Position numbers and translations under genes: made by a program. 64,000 nt of DNA. Origin: Polyangiaceae bacterium. GTDB lineage: Bacteria > Myxococcota_A > Polyangia > Polyangiales > Polyangiaceae. Location: NCBI GenBank assembly GCA_050287085.1, contig JBNKBE010000020.1:32001-96000 (forward strand), in the 5' to 3' direction. Numbering within the stretch: the stretch's first letter is position 1; each line of letters starts with the position of its first letter. This document shows positions 19,518-28,773 of the stretch, piece by piece. The notes beneath the pieces were generated by a model. It did not search any database. It saw only the letters and a program-made list of their open reading frames with translations, and had not been told where the DNA came from.

Positions 19518-21722
19518 ATGAGTGAAATAATGCAGGTGGACCTGCTCGGACTGGGAATCGCAGTAGGACTCATCTTCATCATCCTGGTCGGGTTGTTGAC
19601 CCTGGTTGCGCGCTTCTATCGCAAGGTGGACCAAGGGCGAGCCCTCATCGTGAACACGATGCGGCAGGAGCCGATTGTGACCTTCACTGGGCGCACGGTA
19701 TTTCCGATTATTCACCGTGCTGAAGAGATGGATATTTCGGTCAAGACGATCGAGATCGATCGTCGCGGAAAAGATGGCCTTATCTGCAAGGACAACATCC
19801 GAGCTGACATAAAGGTTACCTTCTTTGTCCGCGTCAACAAGACGACGGAAGATGTCATGAAGGTCGCGCAAGCCATTGGGTGCGCACGCGCCTCGGACCA
19901 AGACACATTGGAGACCATTTTCGTTGCGAAGTTCTCCGAAGGCCTGAAGACGGTAGGTAAGCGGCTTGAGTTCGAAGAACTCTATTCTAAGCGCGACGAA
20001 TTTCGCGACGCGATCATTGATGTGATCGGCAAAGACCTCAATGGGTTCATTCTCGACGACGCCGCGATCGACTATCTGGAACAGACGTCTCTTGCCGCGC
20101 TAGACCCGAGCAACATCCTGGACGCCCAGGGTATTCGCAAGATCACCGAGCTGACGGCAGCGCAGAACGTGCGCACCAACGATCTCAAACAGGAAGAGCG
20201 GAAGGCAATCCGCAAGAAGGACGTCGAGGCGGAGGAAGCGATCTTGGAACTGGACCGCCAAGCCGCAGACGCAGCAGCCAAGCAGCAACGAGAGATCGCT
20301 GTCATTGTGGCGCGTGAAGCGGCGGAGACCCTCCGGGTGCAAGCTGAGGAACGCAAGAAGGCCGAGCTCGCGCGCCTCAAACAGGAAGAGGACGTCCAGG
20401 TTCAAGAACAAAGCAAGTTGCGGCAAATCGAAATCGCCCAGAAAGGGAGAGAGAGAGTTGTCGCGGTGGAGAATGAGCGAGTGGAGAAAGACCGCGCGCT
20501 CGAAGCCATTGCTCGGGAACGTGAAGTCGAACTGCAGCGCATCGACAAGGAAAAGGCGCTCGAGGTTGAGCGCAAGGCGATCGCCGAGGTCGTCGCGGGT
20601 CGCGTCAGCGTCGAGAAAGGCGTGGCTGAAGAAGAAGAACGCATCAAGGACGTACGGGTGGTCGCAGACGCCAAACGCAAGAAAGAAGCAAAGGTGATCG
20701 GCGCCGAGGCAGAGGCGCAAGAGAAGCTCGTTGTTCAGATAAAGTCTGCTGAAGCCTCGGAGCAGGTCGCTCGCCACAAGGCCAAAGAGGAGTTGGTCAT
20801 CGCCGAGGCGAAACTTGAGGCATCCGATCGCCTGGCCCGTGCAAAGATCCGTGAAGCAGACGGCGCACAAGCCGAGTATGCAGCTCAAGGACTCGCCGCG
20901 GCCAAGGTCAAGGAGGCCGATGCCCTGGCTGTTGAAAAGCTTGGCTCAGCAGAGGCCCGCATCGCGCTGGAAAAGGCTCAAGCCGAAGCCAAGGGAGAAG
21001 AAGAAACCGGCATGGCGCGCATTCGCGTACGCGAAGCCGAGGCCCATGCGATCGAGCGACAAGGGGCTGCGGAAGCCACCGCCACCAAGGACATGCTGGT
21101 CGCCCAGGCCGCAGGCGAGGAGTCCAAGGGACTGGCCGCGGCCAAGATCAAAGAAGCGGACGCCGCAGCGACAGAAAAGCTCGCCGTTGCCGAGGCAGCA
21201 GGCATCAAGGAGCGTATGAGCGCGGAGGCCTCCGGCCTAAGCGAGAAAGCAAAGGCGCTCCAGGCACTGTCCGGCGAAGCGCGTGCCCACGAGGAATACC
21301 GACTGCAGCTCGAGCAGCAATTGCAGCTGGAAAAGGAGCGCCTCGCTGCGCGACGTGACATTGCATCCGACCAGGCCCAAGTGATGGCCACCGCGATGGG
21401 CCAAGCCAAGATCAATATCGTGGGCGGTGACGGCTCGTTTCTCAATCAATTCTTCAAAGCGGTAAGCCTGGGACAAGCGGTCGATGGTGCCGTCGGCAGT
21501 AGCGAACTGCTGACATCCGCGACGGACGACTACAAGAGCGGCGCAGCTAGCCTCCGGCAGGACGTCAAAGACGTTCTGAGCGGAGCTGCGCTCAACTCGG
21601 AGAGCCTGAAGAACCTATCTATCGTAGCCGCTCTCAACCACGTGATGCAGGCGTCTGGCCCTGAGCAGCAGTCGAAGCTGACTCAGCTTATCGAGCACGC
21701 CCGAAGCTTGGGGCTGAAGTAG
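19518..21722 (+). CDS. SPFH/band-7 flotillin-family protein (YqiK-like) with a very long coiled coil
   Basis: N-terminal TM; RFYRKVDQGRALI, GLICKDNIRADIKVTFFVRVN, NILDAQGIRKIT; about 400 aa of AEA/EAE-rich coiled coil. Confidence 0.92.
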   Translation: MSEIMQVDLLGLGIAVGLIFIILVGLLTLVARFYRKVDQGRALIVNTMRQEPIVTFTGRTVFPIIHRAEEMDISVKTIEIDRRGKDGLICKDNIRADIKVTFFVRVNKTTEDVMKVAQAIGCARASDQDTLETIFVAKFSEGLKTVGKRLEFEELYSKRDEFRDAIIDVIGKDLNGFILDDAAIDYLEQTSLAALDPSNILDAQGIRKITELTAAQNVRTNDLKQEERKAIRKKDVEAEEAILELDRQAADAAAKQQREIAVIVAREAAETLRVQAEERKKAELARLKQEEDVQVQEQSKLRQIEIAQKGRERVVAVENERVEKDRALEAIAREREVELQRIDKEKALEVERKAIAEVVAGRVSVEKGVAEEEERIKDVRVVADAKRKKEAKVIGAEAEAQEKLVVQIKSAEASEQVARHKAKEELVIAEAKLEASDRLARAKIREADGAQAEYAAQGLAAAKVKEADALAVEKLGSAEARIALEKAQAEAKGEEETGMARIRVREAEAHAIERQGAAEATATKDMLVAQAAGEESKGLAAAKIKEADAAATEKLAVAEAAGIKERMSAEASGLSEKAKALQALSGEARAHEEYRLQLEQQLQLEKERLAARRDIASDQAQVMATAMGQAKINIVGGDGSFLNQFFKAVSLGQAVDGAVGSSELLTSATDDYKSGAASLRQDVKDVLSGAALNSESLKNLSIVAALNHVMQASGPEQQSKLTQLIEHARSLGLK

Positions 21723-21733
21723 CAGTAGGCCCG

Positions 21734-24700
21734 ATGTCTGCAGAACTAGACGCCTCTGAGCGCAGCGGTGGCAGCTACGAGGTCATCCGTGCCCGTTTGC
21801 TCAAGCACGCCGCTGTGCTCCGCGAACGCGCACAGAAGCTCAACACGGAGCGCAGTGAACGGTTCGGCGGTCAGGAGCTACGCGCGGTAAAAAACCTGCG
21901 CGTGCGCACCGAGAACAACTGCATTCCGTGCGACATCGCCCAAGTCCAAGGGCATCTGCTCTTTGGCTTCAATGTGTTCATGGGACTTAAGCCGGAAACG
22001 ACAGTGCCGGACGTCCTCACCCTGCACCATCTGGCAACAAGTGCCGAAGAAGTCGAACTTTCGCGCCTTTCCTCCGACTCCCCGAGCGCCGCGTTTTTGT
22101 CGGAGGGCGCGTTCGTCAATGAGTTCACGGAGCTGTATCGCTTCTACAAGGAAACGCGGCTCGCGCAGCTGGTACGACAAGAGAACAAGCTGCTAGCCAT
22201 CTTCCGAATTGGACAGCGAGCTGAGGACAAGCGCGTCTTTCGCTGGGCCCTAGGTAGCGACGGCGCAGCTACATACATCGACAATCGCGGTGAACGCGAC
22301 CATCTGCCCCCGCCCCAGCACGACTTCGAATGGACCCTGGCCACTCGCAACGACCAGGTTTCCGGACGACATCCCCATGTGTCGATTCTAGGTGAAGTCT
22401 TCGTGGAGACGGTGGGGGGAGATCTCACCATCAAGGTAGAAAACAACACGGAAAGCGGCGAAGGCATCCTTTCGGAGCCCGTGGCGGAGCCGCGTCAAAC
22501 CCTGGACGACGCAGAATACTCCTACGCCCGGCTGGGCGCTCTCATATTGCTGCGGATCCTTCCGTACAACGAGCAAAACCACCGCTACTTCGTCTTCGAC
22601 ATCCGTACGCGCAGGGTCGCTCGCATCGATGCTATCGGGCTGTCCTGTGTCCAACTACCGGAAGACCACGGCATCATCTTCCCTGGTGGCCATTTCCTTC
22701 CGGGCGGCGAAAGCAAAGTTTTCGACGGCGACTTTTCTGGGTTCACGTTCGAGCGCACGGTGCGTTCACCGAATGGCGAAGATGTACTCTACGTCTTTCA
22801 TCGAGTTGTGGACGGCGCGTACCGGCTTCTGTCTTACAATCTGATCCGAAAAGAACTGCAGACCCCGCTCTTGTGCCACGGCTACTCCCTCTTTGAGGAC
22901 GGCGCTATGGTCGTATTCAAGGCTGGTGACGAGCCCACCCGGGTGCATGTGTTGCAGCTCTGGAGCACCCCATTCGTGTCTGCCGAGCATGCGGCAAAGC
23001 AGCCCGAGGACCACAGCCCTCTCGGCCGCATCGGCAACGCGGAGCTCGTGCGTGGCATCTCCGACGTGCTGACGATAGTGCGGGATTCGGAGGCAGCGAG
23101 CACGCGCCAAGGCTTCGAAGATCTCGTCGCCGGCTGCGTGCGAGCCCTGGACGGCTACTATTGGCTGGGGCAGGAAGAGGTCTTCAATCTTGCAGCCGAA
23201 GTCAAGGCCGTTCGCGAAAGCGCTGAACGGGTCTTGGACGAGTTTGACAAGGTGGTCGAAGCGCGTCGCATAGCGAGCGAAGCCCTGGCACAAGCAAAGT
23301 CAGCTCAGGAAGCGTTGATAGCGTCACTTCGCTTGGACAGCTTCACAGGGGTGGCGCAGTTTATGAGTGCCCTTGCGGACCTTCGCCGCCAGCGTGGTCA
23401 CCTCATCTCCCTCAAGGAAACGCGCTACATCGACCTCGAAGCGCTCTCGAAGCTCGAGCGACAGGTAGTCCATGCCTTCGAAGCGACCGGTAGCGCGACG
23501 GCTCAGTTTCTGCTCCGTCCGGACGCTCTAGCACCCGTCGTGTCGAACTTGGAGGATATTCTCCAGCAGATCGAAACGGCGCAGAAGACACCCGTGCTGG
23601 TGCAGCAGTCCACACGACTCGAACGCGTCAGCGAGGGACTCAATGTGCTTTCCGACGTGGTTGCCAGCCTCCAAACGGATGACCCAACGGACCGTACACG
23701 GATCCTGCAGCATGTAAGCGAGGTGTTTGCTCATCTCAACCGGGTGCGTGCCACCGAGACAGCCCGCCGCAAAGAACTCATCACCGTGGAGGGCCAGGCC
23801 GAGTTCGGAGCCCAGTTCGCCCTGTTCGCACAAACGCTTGCAAGTGCACTGACTGCCGCCACCACCGTGTCCAGCTGCGACGACCAGCTGTCGCGATTGC
23901 TTGTGCAATTGGAAGAGCTCGAGGCCCGATTCTCCGAGTTTGACGACTTCGTGGTGCAACTGGCCGTGAAACGCGACGAGGTCTATGAGACCTTCACCCA
24001 GCGCCGCCAGTCGCTGCTCGACCGACAGCAGGCGCGCGGGCGGAGCCTCGAACAAGCCGCCGCTCGCATCGTCCAGAGCATCGCGAGACGCGCCGATTCG
24101 TTCAAGAATGCCAGTGACCTCAATGCCTATTTCGCCAGCGACGCGATGGTGCTCAAAGTTCACCAAATCGCGGAGCAACTCAAGGAGCTGGGCGACGCCA
24201 CGCGCAGCGACGAGGTGGAATCCAAACTGAAAACAGCGCGTCAGAACGCGCTCCGGGCCCTGCGCGACAAGAGCGAGCTGTTCGCCGCCGGTGAGAATGT
24301 TATTCAGCTGGGAGACCATCTATTCAACATCAACACTCAGGCTCTTGAGTTGACGCTCTTGCCTGAGGAGAAGCAGCTCGTGTTCTCACTCACGGGTACA
24401 GACTTCAGAGAGCCCGTCACGGACGCACGACTGACGGGTAGCGAGACGTTTTGGACGCAAAGCCTCGCGTCCGAGAATGCCACCGTTTATCGCGCCGAAT
24501 ACCTGGCCGCGAGCCTGCTATTTGCCGCCGAAGACGGAGCCCAGAAGCTCTCGCTTCAGGCGCTGCGCGATGCTCTGCGCGAAGAGCGGCTACTAACTCT
24601 GGTGCAGGCGTTCGCTGCAGACCGCTACTCCGAGGGCTACGAGCGGGGAGTGCACGACACTGACGCTGCCCGGATCCTAGAGCAATTGCTTCCCTTATAC

Positions 24701-26962
24701 GAGGCCTCACCCGCACTCCGCTTCACGTCTGTAGACCGGGCCCTGGCAGGTGCCTGGTGGTGGCTTCACGGGCAGACCGACTTCGGTCAACGACTGCTGC
24801 GGCAAGCGCGAAGTTTCAAGCGCATGCATGAACACTTGGGAGGCCACTGGGCGGGCACAGAGTTGGAAGCGGAACTGACTTGCGTGCTGCAGAACGACCT
24901 CAAGCAGGCGGGGTTCACTTTGCAGGGCGGACTGCAGGGCAACTTGAGCGACGCCGCCCGCTTCTTGATTGGGCAGCTGGGCAAGGAACGCTTCGAGCTG
25001 GACACCGCGCGCGCCGCTGCGGAGCTCGCAACCGGGCTACGACAAGAACTGGAACGCCGGAGCGCCCGCCGCGAACTGGAGCAGGAGCTAGCGGCCTTGG
25101 AAAAGGCACCAGCCCAGGCGCTCGAGCTCGCGACACATTGGTGCGCGCAGTTTGCAACGGCACACGCCCCAAGCCAGCGCGAGTTTGCTAGCGAAGCCGG
25201 GCTACTCCTCCTTTCTGAACGACAGGTGCCACGCTCCGTGACCAGCGCGCGCGTGGATACGACGGTCGCCGACCTGCTCGGCTCTCACCCGCGGATCATC
25301 GACCGCCAGCTAAACCTCCGATTGGACGAATTTCTAGCACGGCTGGGGCGCTTCGCGAAGGAGACGGTGCCGGCCTACAACACCTACCGCGCGCTGCGAC
25401 AAGTGCTGATTGAGGAGAAGCGACACCAGCTGCGCCTGGAAGAGTTCAAGCCGCGAGTGCTTTCGTCCTTCGTGCGCAACCGGCTGGTGAGCGAGGTCTA
25501 TCTCCCGCTCATTGGCGCAAACTTCGCCAAACAGCTCGGTGCTGCGGGCGCCAAGAAGCGCACCGATCTGATGGGGCTACTCCTACTCATCTCGCCCCCC
25601 GGCTACGGAAAAACCACTTTGATGGAATACGTGGCAAATAGACTTGGCCTCGTTTTCGTCAAGGTCAACGGCCCGGCCCTGGGCCATTCGGTCTTGTCGC
25701 TGGACCCATCAGAGGCGCCCAACAAGACTGCCCAGCAAGAAGTCGAAAAGCTGAACTTCGCGCTCGAGCTTGGCAACAATGTAATGCTGTATCTTGACGA
25801 CATTCAGCACACCAACCCTGAGTTTCTGCAGAAGTTCATTTCGCTATGCGACGCTCAGCGCCGGATCGAAGGCGTTTGGAAGGGTCGGACGCGCACGTAC
25901 GACCTGCGTGGCAAGAAGTTCTGCGTCGTCATGGCAGGAAACCCATACACCGAGTCCGGAGAGAAGTTCCAAATCCCCGACATGCTCTCAAACCGCGCAG
26001 ACACCTACAACTTGGGCGACGTACTGGCAGGAAGGGACGATGTGTTTGCGCTGAGCTACCTGGAAAATGCCCTCACCTCCAACCCGGTACTCGCACCACT
26101 CTCGCTTCGGTCACCGCGCGACGTACACACCTTTCTGCGCATGGCTAGCGATCCGGTCGGACAAGAGCTCCCCGCTTTGGAACATGCCTATTCGGCAGCA
26201 GAGTCAGATGACATCACCCGGACGTTTCGTCTGCTCATGGCCGTGCAGCGTATCGTATTGCGAATAAACATGGAGTATATCGCCTCCGCGTCCATGGACG
26301 ATTCGTTCCGAACGGAGCCGGCTTTCAAGCTGCAAGGAAGCTACCGTAACATGGCCAAGCTGGCCGAAAAGGTGGCTCCAGCCATGAACGACGCAGAACT
26401 GCAGGCGCTGCTCGACGACCACTATACGTCAGAAGCACAAACGCTCACAACGGGCGCAGAGCACAACCTGCTGAAGCTGGCGGAGCTACGGGGGCGTCTC
26501 ACACCGGAGCAGACGCAGCGTTGGGAGGACATCAAGAGAAGCTATCAACGCGAGCGTGCACTAGGAGGGCAAGGAGCGGACTCAGCGACGCGTCTGATAG
26601 GGCAGTTGGGACAGGTCGGCGAACAGATCGCAGGGATTCGCGAGGTGATTGCACTCAGTGGCAAGCGTGAGCAGCCACCCTGGGTGGCCGCGCATATGCA
26701 GCGGCTAGAGTCCGCCATCGAGCAGCTGAGGGGCGCGCGCTTCGATATCTTGGTCAAGAACGAGCCGCCGCCGGGGATCGGTGAGCTATTAACCCAGCAG
26801 GTTGATATCCTCGAGAAGACACTGGTACCCTTTCTGCGCGTCGCAACGGAGCGACTCGACGATAGTCTCGAGTTGCGCAAGCGTCTGGACACGTTCATCG
26901 CGGAGCTGAGAACGGTGGACGGGCTACTGCGCAGGCAATCGGATCTCGGGCCCAAGACGTGA
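21734..26962 (+). CDS. Large AAA+ ATPase (DUF3686 / so-called 'DNA repair ATPase' family)
   Basis: GGSYEVIRARL start; beta-rich N-terminal ~420 aa; long helical/coiled-coil middle; Walker A LISPPGYGKTT, Walker B MLYLDDIQH, MAGNP, candidate Arg finger MLSNRAD. Confidence 0.85.
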   Translation: MSAELDASERSGGSYEVIRARLLKHAAVLRERAQKLNTERSERFGGQELRAVKNLRVRTENNCIPCDIAQVQGHLLFGFNVFMGLKPETTVPDVLTLHHLATSAEEVELSRLSSDSPSAAFLSEGAFVNEFTELYRFYKETRLAQLVRQENKLLAIFRIGQRAEDKRVFRWALGSDGAATYIDNRGERDHLPPPQHDFEWTLATRNDQVSGRHPHVSILGEVFVETVGGDLTIKVENNTESGEGILSEPVAEPRQTLDDAEYSYARLGALILLRILPYNEQNHRYFVFDIRTRRVARIDAIGLSCVQLPEDHGIIFPGGHFLPGGESKVFDGDFSGFTFERTVRSPNGEDVLYVFHRVVDGAYRLLSYNLIRKELQTPLLCHGYSLFEDGAMVVFKAGDEPTRVHVLQLWSTPFVSAEHAAKQPEDHSPLGRIGNAELVRGISDVLTIVRDSEAASTRQGFEDLVAGCVRALDGYYWLGQEEVFNLAAEVKAVRESAERVLDEFDKVVEARRIASEALAQAKSAQEALIASLRLDSFTGVAQFMSALADLRRQRGHLISLKETRYIDLEALSKLERQVVHAFEATGSATAQFLLRPDALAPVVSNLEDILQQIETAQKTPVLVQQSTRLERVSEGLNVLSDVVASLQTDDPTDRTRILQHVSEVFAHLNRVRATETARRKELITVEGQAEFGAQFALFAQTLASALTAATTVSSCDDQLSRLLVQLEELEARFSEFDDFVVQLAVKRDEVYETFTQRRQSLLDRQQARGRSLEQAAARIVQSIARRADSFKNASDLNAYFASDAMVLKVHQIAEQLKELGDATRSDEVESKLKTARQNALRALRDKSELFAAGENVIQLGDHLFNINTQALELTLLPEEKQLVFSLTGTDFREPVTDARLTGSETFWTQSLASENATVYRAEYLAASLLFAAEDGAQKLSLQALRDALREERLLTLVQAFAADRYSEGYERGVHDTDAARILEQLLPLYEASPALRFTSVDRALAGAWWWLHGQTDFGQRLLRQARSFKRMHEHLGGHWAGTELEAELTCVLQNDLKQAGFTLQGGLQGNLSDAARFLIGQLGKERFELDTARAAAELATGLRQELERRSARRELEQELAALEKAPAQALELATHWCAQFATAHAPSQREFASEAGLLLLSERQVPRSVTSARVDTTVADLLGSHPRIIDRQLNLRLDEFLARLGRFAKETVPAYNTYRALRQVLIEEKRHQLRLEEFKPRVLSSFVRNRLVSEVYLPLIGANFAKQLGAAGAKKRTDLMGLLLLISPPGYGKTTLMEYVANRLGLVFVKVNGPALGHSVLSLDPSEAPNKTAQQEVEKLNFALELGNNVMLYLDDIQHTNPEFLQKFISLCDAQRRIEGVWKGRTRTYDLRGKKFCVVMAGNPYTESGEKFQIPDMLSNRADTYNLGDVLAGRDDVFALSYLENALTSNPVLAPLSLRSPRDVHTFLRMASDPVGQELPALEHAYSAAESDDITRTFRLLMAVQRIVLRINMEYIASASMDDSFRTEPAFKLQGSYRNMAKLAEKVAPAMNDAELQALLDDHYTSEAQTLTTGAEHNLLKLAELRGRLTPEQTQRWEDIKRSYQRERALGGQGADSATRLIGQLGQVGEQIAGIREVIALSGKREQPPWVAAHMQRLESAIEQLRGARFDILVKNEPPPGIGELLTQQVDILEKTLVPFLRVATERLDDSLELRKRLDTFIAELRTVDGLLRRQSDLGPKT

Positions 26963-27171
26963 CCCACCTCGAGACGCGCACAGACATAACCTGTCCGGCC
27001 TGCGGTCATTCCGAGACCGAAGATATGCCCCTTGAGTATTGCCTGGTGCGCTACACCTGCGCGCACTGTGGGGAGCTGCTGCGCCCGCTCGCGGGCGACT
27101 GCTGTGTCTTCTGCTCCTACGCCAACAGGCCGTGTCCACCGATACAACTATCAGGCAAGACCTGCTGCTGA
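26959..27171 (+). CDS. GDCCVxC-domain small Cys-rich (metal-binding) protein
   Basis: ITCPACGH...EDMP...C...YTCAHC...LRPLAGDCCVFCSY...CPPIQ; 11 Cys in 70 aa; GTGA overlap with the ATPase stop. Confidence 0.88.
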   Translation: MTHLETRTDITCPACGHSETEDMPLEYCLVRYTCAHCGELLRPLAGDCCVFCSYANRPCPPIQLSGKTCC

Positions 27172-27205
27172 ACCATATGATGCCCGTTGGCTCTTGGCGA
27201 ATTTC

Positions 27206-28768
27206 CTAGACGCCGCCCCAAACTCCGTCGACGGGAGCGGCGCCGTTCTTGTTGAACACCTCGTCCTGCAACTTGGACAGCGGATCCGCCCCCAGGAAGG
27301 GCTGCGCCGCCGTCAGCCAAATACTGTTGTGATGCCCATCGACTCGCTGGAAACCGCCGGGCTTCATCCCCAGCTTGGAGCCGCCAATGATGAGGGCCGA
27401 AGCGCCGTTGCGGTCGTGAGAGGGGTTGCCCACCTCGCTGACCATCGTGATGACGGTGCGATCCAACAAGCTCGCGCCGTCAGTCGCTAGCGGATCGGGC
27501 GTGGAGAGGAAGTCGTTAACGAACTTCGCCGTGTTTTCGAAGTACCAACGCTGAACGCTGACCATCGCATCCCAGATGTAGGCATTGTTGCCAGGACGCG
27601 CACCCTGATAGAAAGACGAGTCCAGGTTGCGGTGGCTGAGTGGGTGATGCATCCAGATGCGGTTCGGATCGTTCGGATCTGCACCCTTGAACGATACGTG
27701 ATTGGTACCGGGTGACCATTCGAAAGTGCCGACGCGGATGATGTCACACGCCATCGCCGAACGGATGATGCTCGCGTGAGCGGCGCCCACCTCCGCGTGC
27801 AGCGGAGCGTCGTCGGCACGAGCCTCAGGGTTACGGTAGTCACTGTTCGCATCCGAGTTGGCGCCCGTCAGGTTCGACTGCGGCAGCAAGGGCGCTTCAC
27901 ATACCGCGGCTTCCGGCGGGTTGTTGATCTGCTCCGAAAGCTGCATCTCCAACTTGCGAATTACGTCCGCATGAGCGTCGATCTTGGAGCGCTCGTTGGC
28001 CGGAGCCAGCGCCGACAGACGAGCCAGTTCACGCTGCGAATGGTCCAGCACGCTCTTGCGTTGCTTGAGCAAGCGCAACGCGTCCACGTCCGTCATCGCC
28101 CCTCCCGCCTGGAAGTCGCTGAACAAGTCGTTGTAAGCCGTTACGGGACTCAACGTCGGGCGCAGCGGCTCGTTCTCCATGATCTGCCCACCGGGCACCG
28201 CCGCCTGAATCGACTGCTTGCGGTAGCCGTAGGATAGGCAACGCGTGGACGTCTCGTAGGAGTCGACGCGCGAGTCGCAGATGACGTTGTAGTAGTCACG
28301 ACCGCCGCTCTTGAGATCCTCGACGTGGTTGAGGAGGATCTGATCCCAAGAGGGGCCACCCGCGCAGCCATCGTCGGTTTCACCACCGTTGGCACGCGTT
28401 CCAGGACCGTTGGCGCCGGTCGTCGAAAACGGGGTTCCGGCTTCGTGAGCGCCGCCACCAGGACATTGCATGCCATTCATGTTGAAGCCCAACATGATGT
28501 GGGTGTGGGGCTTCAGCTCCGGCGTAGCAAAAGGAGCAATGATGTAGCCCGCGCCGCCGTGGGTATCCGATACGGTGTAGTCAGCCCCGGTACCGGTTGG
28601 AACGAAGGCTTGTTGGATCGACCCACAGGGCCAACTGACCATCAGAAAACGCGGCGGCGAACCCGCGCCCTGGGCGGAGGCCTCCATATTGCGAAGGATA
28701 GCACCGTAACCAACGGCTCCGCCGACGGCGGCGAGAAATGAGCGTCGCGCAACTCGATAAGACTTCAT
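27206..28768 (-). CDS. DUF1552-like Tat-exported protein
   Basis: Twin-Arg ARRSFLAAVG; PPRFL, GGAHE, GPSWDQ, RKSVLD, KIDAH, AMACD, HHPLSH, SLLDRTV. Confidence 0.85.
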   Translation of the reverse strand: MKSYRVARRSFLAAVGGAVGYGAILRNMEASAQGAGSPPRFLMVSWPCGSIQQAFVPTGTGADYTVSDTHGGAGYIIAPFATPELKPHTHIMLGFNMNGMQCPGGGAHEAGTPFSTTGANGPGTRANGGETDDGCAGGPSWDQILLNHVEDLKSGGRDYYNVICDSRVDSYETSTRCLSYGYRKQSIQAAVPGGQIMENEPLRPTLSPVTAYNDLFSDFQAGGAMTDVDALRLLKQRKSVLDHSQRELARLSALAPANERSKIDAHADVIRKLEMQLSEQINNPPEAAVCEAPLLPQSNLTGANSDANSDYRNPEARADDAPLHAEVGAAHASIIRSAMACDIIRVGTFEWSPGTNHVSFKGADPNDPNRIWMHHPLSHRNLDSSFYQGARPGNNAYIWDAMVSVQRWYFENTAKFVNDFLSTPDPLATDGASLLDRTVITMVSEVGNPSHDRNGASALIIGGSKLGMKPGGFQRVDGHHNSIWLTAAQPFLGADPLSKLQDEVFNKNGAAPVDGVWGGV

Positions 28769-28773
28769 GGTTT

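Noticed and set aside
21734..26962. DNA-repair, SMC or restriction (McrB-like) function for the large ATPase
   Set aside because: No ABC signature, nuclease motif or partner nuclease is visible; the context is membrane/SPFH.
26959..27171. Selenoprotein
   Set aside because: No internal in-frame TGA; all motif positions are Cys codons.
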